From Rhodanobacteraceae bacterium (lineage in GTDB: Bacteria > Pseudomonadota > Gammaproteobacteria > Xanthomonadales > Rhodanobacteraceae), in NCBI GenBank assembly GCA_035263065.1, contig DATFRS010000337.1:1-53994 (forward strand): a stretch of 53,994 nucleotides of DNA. Direction: 5' to 3'. Positions within the stretch are counted from its first letter, which is position 1; the number at the start of each line of letters is the position of its first letter. Below, in pieces: positions 39,134 through 47,197 of the stretch. The notes beneath the pieces were generated by a model. That model did not search any database. It was not told the DNA's origin and worked only from the letters and a program-made list of their open reading frames with translations. Made by a program: the position numbers and the translations under genes.

Positions 39134-41584
39134 TCAGTACTGCACCGTGATTTCCCACACCCAGCCCGATGCGAAGCGCGCGTTCAGCGCGGCGATCGCG
39201 TCCGGGATGCCGTCGTCCGGCCCGCAGCCGCCGGAGAGGAGCCACATCGTGTCCGGCGGATAGCAGAACGTCGGGGCGCAGCCGAACGGCGGTCCGAACG
39301 CGGTGACCGTGTCGAGCCAGTACAGCGGGTCGTAGCCGCCGTACGCACTCATCCAGTACGTCGTCGTCGCGGTCGCGCCGGCCGGGATCGACACCGCGAC
39401 GACCGCATCGACGCAGCTTCGCCCGGGATCGGCCGGAATCGGCCCGAGGATCTCGTACGTCCCGAAGATGATCGTCGGCTCCTGCTCGACGCGCATCTCG
39501 GCCTGCGCCGAGCCGATCACCTGCCCCGATTCGCTGACCGTCACGATCACGGTATCGATGCCCGTCGCCGTGCCGCCGTTCGCGGTGTAGGTGCCGACCT
39601 TCGCGTCGAAGAGCGGCAGGCCCTGCACGAGATCGAGCGTGCCGACGGTCTCGGTCGCCTGCCAGGTGTATTCGAAGATCGAGTCGTCGCATTGCAGGCC
39701 GGAATGCGGCGGCTTGACGCGCGCCTCGAGCGCCTGCGAGGCGCCGTTCTGCAGCGAGGCGCGCCGCGGCGCGAGCAGCACCTCGACGGGATCCACGGTG
39801 ACGGTGGACGCGTCCTTGCCGGCATACACGCGATTCGTCCCGTCGATCAGATAAGCCTTGACCTCGACGGTGATCGCGCCGGAGAAATTCGCGAGCGGCA
39901 CCAGCACGCGCACGCGGTCGCTCGACGAATCGAAATCGGTGCCGCTGTGGCCGGCATCGTCGATGAGCTCGCCCGCGTCCGGCGGCGAGAGGTTCCAGTG
40001 ATAGACGAAGTGCGCCTGCGGGTCGCCCGCGGCGTCGACGACGCGCACGGTCAGCTCCGGTGCCGGCGAGACGCAGTCGGCCGACGCCTGGTCCGGCGAG
40101 AGCTCGACGTTCGCGCCCGTGACGTCGATGTCCCAGCTGTCGCCCTGTTTCGATTCGGCGATGCCGACCGCGATCGCGCCGAGATCGAAGCTCTGCAGCA
40201 GCGCGTCGACGAGGCCGAGCGCGTTGCTCAGCGTCTCGGCGTGCTCGAGCGCGCGCGTGGCCGACGCGAACGCGGCGTCGGGATCGGAGCCCGTGACGAT
40301 GATCAGGCGCAGCAGCAGGTTCGTCACCTGGTTGCGGAACGTCGCCGAACCGAAGAACGTGTTGTAGGCGTCGCCGAGCGCGCCCTGGATGTCGCCGTCC
40401 TGGATCTTGGCCGAGAACCCGGGCAACGTCGCGAACAGCGCGACGAGATCGTTCATGATCCCGTCGGTGCCGAATCCGTAGAGATTGTTGAGCTTGTCCT
40501 TGTTCGCCGGAATGATCACGCTGAGGATGCCGGGCACGATGAGGTCGCGCACGACGAACAGCATGCTGACCTGAAGCTGCTTGACCTGCTCGGTCTCGGG
40601 GAACGTATCGAGCAGGCCGACCTGCGCGGCGGGTCCGACGGCGTGCAGCACGTAATGCGTCTTCTGCGCGTCCGGCACGTTTTCGAGCCCCTGCCTTGGG
40701 CCGTCGACGGGCGTGTACGCGATCGGCTTCCCGTCCTCGACGCCGAAGATCACCAGCGACGCATCGAGCAGTGCGTCGTTGAGGTTCGCGGTGCCCGACG
40801 TCGGATCGATCGCGAAGTTCCTGGCGTCGACGGGGCACGATGGATCGCCGGCCGGCACGGTGCCGCTCTCGAACGTGCACGACTCGCGGGTGAGGAACGC
40901 GTGACCGGGACGCCGCAGCGCATTGGTGAGATAGAACGACTGGAACGGCTGGTTTGGCGTCAGGCCGCTCTGCTCGCCGGGCTGGATGATCACGCCGTCG
41001 ATGCCGCTGCCGGGCGCGCTGCGCCGCGACGGCAGGAAGTGCGCGAGCGCAGCGGCCAGTGCCTGACGCACGGCGTCGTTCGGTGCGGCGAACGCGTTTT
41101 CGTCCGCGTTGATCGCCGCCGCGATCGCCGCTTCGAGGTCGGGCAGTGCGCCGGCCCCGTCGTCGCGGATGATGTCGATGAGCTGCGGCTCGAGCTCGGG
41201 CGCCGTCAGTGCGCCGCCGAGTCCGACGAATACGAGGATCTCGGCGGTCGTGCGCGCCGAGACCGCCGTGTGCGCCGCGTCGAGCCATCCCGCGAGCAGC
41301 GGCACACCGTCGGCGTTCAGCACGAACGTCATCTCGGGGCCTTCGAGGCTCGCGATCGTGAAAGCGCCCGTGGCGTCGACGGCGGTCTCGGCGATGCCGT
41401 TGCCGACCCGAAGCGTCGCGGGATCGATCGTGCTGCCGGTCGGCAGCCCCACCTGACCTGTCAGCGGAACGACCGGAAACTCGACGGCGTTGGCAAAGCC
41501 GTCGGCGAAGAGGTAGTCGACGCGCGTCGCCCCCGCACCCGCGGCGACGAGCAACCCGAACGGCAAAGCCAGCCATCGCTTCAT
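39134..41584 (-). CDS. Large secreted hypothetical protein (816 aa) with N-terminal DYLFADGF motif and Ig-like C-terminal domains
   Basis: RBS AAGGGGG, signal peptide MKRWLALPFGLLVAAGAGA; beta-rich C-terminal segments; no catalytic motif recognised. Confidence 0.85.
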   Translation of the reverse strand: MKRWLALPFGLLVAAGAGATRVDYLFADGFANAVEFPVVPLTGQVGLPTGSTIDPATLRVGNGIAETAVDATGAFTIASLEGPEMTFVLNADGVPLLAGWLDAAHTAVSARTTAEILVFVGLGGALTAPELEPQLIDIIRDDGAGALPDLEAAIAAAINADENAFAAPNDAVRQALAAALAHFLPSRRSAPGSGIDGVIIQPGEQSGLTPNQPFQSFYLTNALRRPGHAFLTRESCTFESGTVPAGDPSCPVDARNFAIDPTSGTANLNDALLDASLVIFGVEDGKPIAYTPVDGPRQGLENVPDAQKTHYVLHAVGPAAQVGLLDTFPETEQVKQLQVSMLFVVRDLIVPGILSVIIPANKDKLNNLYGFGTDGIMNDLVALFATLPGFSAKIQDGDIQGALGDAYNTFFGSATFRNQVTNLLLRLIIVTGSDPDAAFASATRALEHAETLSNALGLVDALLQSFDLGAIAVGIAESKQGDSWDIDVTGANVELSPDQASADCVSPAPELTVRVVDAAGDPQAHFVYHWNLSPPDAGELIDDAGHSGTDFDSSSDRVRVLVPLANFSGAITVEVKAYLIDGTNRVYAGKDASTVTVDPVEVLLAPRRASLQNGASQALEARVKPPHSGLQCDDSIFEYTWQATETVGTLDLVQGLPLFDAKVGTYTANGGTATGIDTVIVTVSESGQVIGSAQAEMRVEQEPTIIFGTYEILGPIPADPGRSCVDAVVAVSIPAGATATTTYWMSAYGGYDPLYWLDTVTAFGPPFGCAPTFCYPPDTMWLLSGGCGPDDGIPDAIAALNARFASGWVWEITVQY

Positions 41585-41717
41585 CGGTTCCCCCTTGGTC
41601 ATGTCCGCGGGCCCGTGCCGGCCTGCGGGTGTCCTTTGGGGAAACGGAAAACGGTGCGGGATCGGCTCACGCCGGTCGGCGCTACACTCACGGTCGGGGA
41701 AACAGCCGGTGATACCG

Positions 41718-42185
41718 ATGGGACGCCTGCTTCGGGGACGCGCAACGCACGCCGTCGTCGCACTCGCCGCCTGCATCGCAGGTTGCGCCACCGTGCCCGA
41801 TCGGGCTGCCGACGAGCGCTACATCGTCGAAAGCGAGCACGCCTGGGCCGAGTCCGTCGCGACCGGCGACACGTCGACGATCGAGCGCATCCTCGCCGAC
41901 GACTTCATCGGCGTCGATCCGAAAGGAAAGATGTACGACAAGGCCGAGATGGTGCGCGACACGCGCGAGGCGCCGAAGTACTTCGCGTCGAATCACGTCA
42001 ACGCGGTCAAGGTGCGCTTCTACGGCGACACGGCCGTCGCGCAAGGCGACGAGTCGTGGGTCAAGCGCGCCGACGGTGCGCGCGGACGCTTCGTGTGGAC
42101 GGACACCTGGGTGCGCCGCAACGGGCGCTGGCAGATCGTCGCGGCCGAGGATCTCGTCGCGCCGGACGTCGACGCGGCCCGATGA
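41718..42185 (+). CDS. DUF4440/NTF2-like lipoprotein
   Basis: Lipobox IAGC; ILADDFIGVDPKG, VRFYGDTAV, WTDTWVRRNGRWQIVA. Start 41718 or GTG 41709. Confidence 0.87.
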   Translation: MGRLLRGRATHAVVALAACIAGCATVPDRAADERYIVESEHAWAESVATGDTSTIERILADDFIGVDPKGKMYDKAEMVRDTREAPKYFASNHVNAVKVRFYGDTAVAQGDESWVKRADGARGRFVWTDTWVRRNGRWQIVAAEDLVAPDVDAAR

Positions 42186-42189
42186 CGGT

Positions 42190-43251
42190 CTAGCCGTCGC
42201 GCCGCTTCGCGTCGGTGCAGCGCTCCGGAAACGCCTCGAGCGCCGCGCGCCAGCCCATCTGGAAGCGCGTGCGCGCATCGAGCCCTTTCATGAGCTCGCC
42301 GAGCCGCCGGTTCAGCGTCGCCGACGAGATGTCGAGCTCGTGCGCGATCGCCTTGTCGTTGAGCCCCGCGGCGAGGAGCGGAATCAGTTTCTCCGCGGCT
42401 TCCGGCAGACGCGCGACCGGTGCGCCGTGCGACGACACGCCGGTCGCATTGAACGCGATCGGCGTCGAGCGCTGCCACAGGCTCTCGAAGAGCTCGTAGA
42501 GCGCGTCGAGCAGCGCCGACGAGCGCACCAGCAGCGTCGGCCCGTCCGGCTGGCGCAGGTCGAGCGGTATGAACGCCGTGCGCCGGTCGAAGATCGCGAC
42601 CTTGAACGGCAGCTCGGGGAACACGCGGATCTCCTCGCCGGACTCGCTCTCGAGCCGCACGCGCTCGGGCGCGCCCGGCAGCGCGAGATAGTCGCCGTCG
42701 ACGATGCTGCGATAGCGCACGCCGCGCGAGCGCGCGTTGCGCTGCGCGACCTGGTCCTCCTCGAACGACGTATCGAGCCGCGTGACGCGCAGCGGCGGGC
42801 GCACCAGCGTGACGACCTCGTGCCGCGCGACCTGCTGCGCCTGCTCGAAGATGCGCCGCTCGGCGTCGCGGCTCGTCACGAGCTCGACCATCTCGCCGCG
42901 CTCGCTCGCGTCGCGCGCGCGCGAGGCGTGCGCGCTGAGGTCGGCGATCGCCGCACGTGCGCGCTCGAGCTCGGCGTGACGCTGGCTCACGATCGCCTCG
43001 ACCGCGAATTCGGGCAGCACCGCCATGTAGCGCGGCGGCTGCTCGGGCGAGTGCGTCGCGAGCCCCTTCGCGGCGAGCGCGTCGAGGAGATGTTGCGTCG
43101 CGCGCGGCTCGAGGCCGATCTCGGGCGCGACGTCGCCCGCGCCCGCGAGCCGCCGCGACAGCAGCGCGCGGTACGCGCGCTCTTCCTCGGCGCTGATGCC
43201 GAGCGCCGCGAGCGGACGGCTCGTGCCCGACGTGGATGCGGAAGTGTTCAT
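42190..43251 (-). CDS. TrmB-type HTH / PLD-like / LuxR-HTH transcriptional regulator
   Basis: LAALGISAEEERAYRALL winged-HTH start, central PFKVAIFD, C-terminal LLAAGLNDKAIAHELDIS...RTRFQMGW. Confidence 0.88.
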   Translation of the reverse strand: MNTSASTSGTSRPLAALGISAEEERAYRALLSRRLAGAGDVAPEIGLEPRATQHLLDALAAKGLATHSPEQPPRYMAVLPEFAVEAIVSQRHAELERARAAIADLSAHASRARDASERGEMVELVTSRDAERRIFEQAQQVARHEVVTLVRPPLRVTRLDTSFEEDQVAQRNARSRGVRYRSIVDGDYLALPGAPERVRLESESGEEIRVFPELPFKVAIFDRRTAFIPLDLRQPDGPTLLVRSSALLDALYELFESLWQRSTPIAFNATGVSSHGAPVARLPEAAEKLIPLLAAGLNDKAIAHELDISSATLNRRLGELMKGLDARTRFQMGWRAALEAFPERCTDAKRRDG

Positions 43252-43514
43252 CGATCGGAAAGGGTCTGGTGATGCAGCGGAAAGGTTTCGCTGATGCGCA
43301 AGGTGATGTTTACATCTCAAGATAGAAATCAATCAAGCAGCGATCTTGTGGCGCCGAGTTGCCGAAATCCATACTCGATCGAAGCGCGCGCGTGCCGCGA
43401 AATGGACTTTGCTGCACCGCATCGACGCGCCATTCATCTCCGGCGATGCCGCACTGCCCGCTGTGCAGGCTGCGTCACCGGCTCGAAAGCATCCAGAACG
43501 GAGGGGAAATCCAC

Positions 43515-45983
43515 GTGAATCGTTCGACCCCATCGGTGCGCGCCGTCGCGTGCGCCGCGCTCATCGCGCTCGCCACGCCGGCCGTGCTGCCGGCGGCGAC
43601 GCCGCTTCCGCCCGCACTCGATGCGGCCCATCAGTATCCGTCGTCCGCGACGACGAGCGCCATGCCCCCGGCGTTGCGGAGCGCCGTCGAGCGGTCGCTC
43701 GCGCGCGATCCCGACGCCACATGGATCGAGCACGAGATCGTCGCCGCCGACGGCCAGGCCTTCGATCTCTTCGGCTTCCGCGTGCTCGTGTCCGGCGATA
43801 TCGCATTCGTCAGCGCGCCGGCGCCGGGGCCGCGACCCGGCAAGGTGTACGTGTTCTCGAATTCGAGCGGCACGTGGACCGAGACGCAGCAGCTGACGGC
43901 GACGCCGTCCGTCACGCCGCCGCCGAACTGGTCCGACTTCTTCGGCTGGTCGCTTTCGCTGTCCGGCGATAGCCTGCTGGTCGGAGCGCCCGAAGTGTTC
44001 AACCAGATGTTCGGTCCGGTCGGCGGCGCCTACGTGTTCGTCCGCTCCGGCGACACCTGGTCGCAGCAGCAGGAGCTGCTCCCCGCCGACGGCTTCAACT
44101 TCGACTGGGTCGGCGGCGCCGTCGCGCTCGCCGGCGACACCGCGTTCGTCGGCGCGCCCAATCACGACGCCACGCGCGGCGAAGTGCATGTCTACACGCG
44201 CTCCGGCACGACCTGGACGGAAGGCACGCCGCTGCTCGCGAGCGACGGCGCGCAGGGCGACGCGCATCAGTTCGGCGGCGCCGTCAAGTTCGACGGCACG
44301 ACGCTCTTGATCGGCGCGCCCGGCCCGGACTTCTCGTCGAGCGACTACTCGCCGGGCGAGGCCTACGTGTTCACGAACCAGGGCGGCACCTGGACCGAAG
44401 CGCAGATCCTGCAGCCGGACGACGGCGCCGACGGCGACCAGTTCGGCTTCTCGCTCGCGATCCAGGGCACGACGCTCCTGATCGGCACGCCCGCCGCCGA
44501 CATCGGCGCGAACACCCATCAGGGCGCCGCGTACGTGTTCGACGGCTCGGGCGGCACGTTCGTGCAGACGCACAAGATCTTCGCGGACGACGGCGTCGCC
44601 TACGATCAGTTCGGCCAGTCGGTCGCGATGAGCGGCGACACCGCGCTGATCGGCATGTGGAGCCACAACGACGATCCGAACACGCCGCCGGCAACGCCGA
44701 AGCCGGGCTCGGTCTATCTGTTCAGCGCCGCGCGCGACAGCTGGACGCAATCCGACAAGCTCACCGCGAGCGACGCAACCGACGGCGACTCGTTCGGCTG
44801 GGACGTCGGCGTCGACGGCACCACGCTGATCGTCGGCGCGCAGGGCACGGTCGGCGGCAACCAGTTCCAGGGCGCGGCGTACGTCTACACGCCGGGCGAT
44901 CCGCCGGTCGCGACCGTGACGCCGGATTCGCTGAGCTTCTCGCTCGCGCCGGGCGCGTCGGGCTCGAGCCCGATCACGATCGGCAACACCGGCGGCAGCG
45001 ACCTCACGTTCGCGATCGCCGAAGCGGCGGCGAATGCTCCGCGCGTCGCGCTGAACCTGCGTCCGGCCTCGGCGCCGACGCCGCGCACGCCGAGTGCGAT
45101 CGGCACGAGCCGCATCGCGGGTTCGCGCACGGCCGCGCCGTGGGCACCGCGCAGCCCAGACGGCGCGCTGACGTTCGTGCTCGACGACGGCACGTACGAG
45201 GACACGATCGGCCTCAACGATCAGACCAGCACGGAATCGGCCGCGATCTGGCTGAACCGCTTCTCGCCGCCCGCCGGCACCGGCGCGTTCACGATCGACT
45301 CGATCTCGATCCTGTGGCCGCAGAACGGCAACGGCACGCTGGTCGGCAAGGCGATCAACCTCGTCGCCTACTACGACGCCGACGGCGACGGCGATCCGAC
45401 CAACGCCGTGCGCCTCGGCAGCGACGACATGATCACGATCGACAGCCTCGATGCGTTCATCGACTACACGGTGAACTTCGCGGTGCCGGGCGACGGCGAC
45501 GTCTACATCGGCTTCGAGAACGTCTACGCGCTCGGCGGCTCGTCGCCGATCCTGTTCCCGGCCGCGATCGACGAGGACTCGGGCACGCAGGACCGCTCGT
45601 GGGTCGCCGGCATGTCGAGCGGCGATCCCGATCCCGACGTGCTCGGCAACAACGATCTCCTCGGCACGATCGACAGCTTCGGCCTGCCGGGCAACTGGCT
45701 GATCCGCGCGACCGGCGTAGCCGGCGGCGGCGGCGGCGACTGCTCGAACCCGTCCGACGTGCCGTGGCTCAGCGAGTCGCCGACGAGCGGCACGGTCGCC
45801 GTCGGCGGATCGCAGGACGTCACCGTGACGGCCGACGCGACGGGCCTCGACCCCGGCACCTATTCGGCGCTCGTCTGCGTCTCGACGAACGATCCGAACA
45901 ACGCGCTGGTCGGCGTGTCGGTGAGCCTCACGGTCACCGCGGACGACACGATCTTCAAGGACGGTTTCGACGGCGCGCCGTAG
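43515..45983 (+). CDS. Secreted FG-GAP beta-propeller protein with BACON-like domain and C-terminal DTIFKDGFD motif
   Basis: RBS GGAGGGG, GTG start, signal peptide; seven D-x-FG-x-S/A-V...GAP...G-x-AYVF repeats; VPWLSESPTSGTV...TNDP. Confidence 0.9.
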   Translation: MNRSTPSVRAVACAALIALATPAVLPAATPLPPALDAAHQYPSSATTSAMPPALRSAVERSLARDPDATWIEHEIVAADGQAFDLFGFRVLVSGDIAFVSAPAPGPRPGKVYVFSNSSGTWTETQQLTATPSVTPPPNWSDFFGWSLSLSGDSLLVGAPEVFNQMFGPVGGAYVFVRSGDTWSQQQELLPADGFNFDWVGGAVALAGDTAFVGAPNHDATRGEVHVYTRSGTTWTEGTPLLASDGAQGDAHQFGGAVKFDGTTLLIGAPGPDFSSSDYSPGEAYVFTNQGGTWTEAQILQPDDGADGDQFGFSLAIQGTTLLIGTPAADIGANTHQGAAYVFDGSGGTFVQTHKIFADDGVAYDQFGQSVAMSGDTALIGMWSHNDDPNTPPATPKPGSVYLFSAARDSWTQSDKLTASDATDGDSFGWDVGVDGTTLIVGAQGTVGGNQFQGAAYVYTPGDPPVATVTPDSLSFSLAPGASGSSPITIGNTGGSDLTFAIAEAAANAPRVALNLRPASAPTPRTPSAIGTSRIAGSRTAAPWAPRSPDGALTFVLDDGTYEDTIGLNDQTSTESAAIWLNRFSPPAGTGAFTIDSISILWPQNGNGTLVGKAINLVAYYDADGDGDPTNAVRLGSDDMITIDSLDAFIDYTVNFAVPGDGDVYIGFENVYALGGSSPILFPAAIDEDSGTQDRSWVAGMSSGDPDPDVLGNNDLLGTIDSFGLPGNWLIRATGVAGGGGGDCSNPSDVPWLSESPTSGTVAVGGSQDVTVTADATGLDPGTYSALVCVSTNDPNNALVGVSVSLTVTADDTIFKDGFDGAP

Positions 45984-46041
45984 GCGAGGCCGTTCCCTGC
46001 AGCGGCGGCGCCGGCAACTCCCCGTGCCGGTGCCGCGGCTC

Positions 46042-46070
46042 CGCGCCGCCCACGGGCGGCGTGTTCTTTT
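46042..46070 (+). terminator. Probable intrinsic terminator
   Basis: CGCGCCGCC-CACG-GGCGGCGTG followed by TTCTTTT, between convergent genes. Confidence 0.65.
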
Positions 46071-46075
46071 GTCGC

Positions 46076-47197
46076 TCAGCCGACCACGTCACGCACGCGC
46101 AGCGCGCGATCGGCGACGACGAACGCCGCGCGCGCCCCGGGCGCGATGCGGCCGTGCGACGCGAGGCCGAGGAATTCGGCGGGGTACGTCGACGCCATCC
46201 GCGCGGCTTCCGCTACGTCGACGTCGAGCATCGCAACCGCGTTGCGCATCGCGCTCATCATGTCGAGCGCCGAGCCGGCGATCACGCCGTCCGGCGTTTC
46301 GCAGCGGCCGTCGCGGCAGGTGACGGTAATGCCGCCGAGCGTGTACGTGTCGCGAACGCCGCCGACCGGCGGCATCGCGTCGGTGACGAGGAAAACCTTG
46401 CCGCGCGGCTTCGCGTGCAGCGCCACGCGCAGCGAGGCCGGATGCACGTGGAAGCCGTCGACGACGATGCCGCACGCACTCGCCGCGTCGTCGAGCGCGG
46501 CGCCGACGACGCCGGGCTCGCGGCTCGTCAGTGGCGACATCGCGTTGTAGAGATGCGTGAATCCGCGCAAGCCCGCGTCGAGCGCGGCGCGCGTTTCCTC
46601 GTACGTCGCCGCCGTATGTCCCGCGCAGACGATGACGCCGCGGCGCGTGAGCTCGCGGATCGCGTCGAGCGGCAGGCGTTCCGGCGCGATCGTGAGCAGC
46701 GTCTTGCCGTTGCGGAGCGAGGCGACAAGCGCGATCTCCGCCGCGTCCGGCACGCGGAACTTCGCCGCGTCGTGCACGCCGCGTCGCGCCGGCGCGAGGT
46801 ACGGGCCTTCGAGATGGATGCCGAGCACGCCCGGCACGCCTTCGGCGATCGCAGCGTCGACGGCGGCGATCGCGGCGCGCATGACGTCGAGATCGTCGCT
46901 GATCAGCGTCGGCAGGAAGCCGGTCGTGCCGAACGTGCGGTGCGCTGCGCCGATGCGGCGGATCGTCTCGACGGTCGGCGCATCGTTGAACAGCACGTCG
47001 CCGCCGCCGTTGACCTGGCAATCGATGAAGCCGGGCAGGAGACAGTCGCCGTGCAAGTCATGCCGGTCCGCATCGCGCACGCGCGGATCGTCGGCAGCGA
47101 CGATGGCCTCGATGCGATCGCCGTCGACGAGCACGGCGACGTCGTCGCGAAGACCCTGCTCCGTCAGCACGCGCCCGTTGACGAATGCGCGCGCCAT
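46076..47197 (-). CDS. nagA: N-acetylglucosamine-6-phosphate deacetylase
   Basis: PGFIDCQVNGGG, GIHLEGPY, AGHT, THLYNAM, DGFHVHP, LVTDAM, IAGS; TGATG overlap with the upstream gene. Confidence 0.96.
   Translation of the reverse strand: MARAFVNGRVLTEQGLRDDVAVLVDGDRIEAIVAADDPRVRDADRHDLHGDCLLPGFIDCQVNGGGDVLFNDAPTVETIRRIGAAHRTFGTTGFLPTLISDDLDVMRAAIAAVDAAIAEGVPGVLGIHLEGPYLAPARRGVHDAAKFRVPDAAEIALVASLRNGKTLLTIAPERLPLDAIRELTRRGVIVCAGHTAATYEETRAALDAGLRGFTHLYNAMSPLTSREPGVVGAALDDAASACGIVVDGFHVHPASLRVALHAKPRGKVFLVTDAMPPVGGVRDTYTLGGITVTCRDGRCETPDGVIAGSALDMMSAMRNAVAMLDVDVAEAARMASTYPAEFLGLASHGRIAPGARAAFVVADRALRVRDVVG

Noticed and set aside
38442-41576. 1044-aa ORF that looks like an ECF sigma with a huge N-terminal extension
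   Set aside because: The upstream part is an Arg/Ala-rich off-frame read of the 41584 gene; the ECF has its own RBS and start near 38957.
43730-44890. Regularly spaced DNA-level similarity that might suggest a repeat array or CRISPR
   Set aside because: These are degenerate FG-GAP protein repeats within one ORF; there are no identical repeats with spacers and no cas genes.
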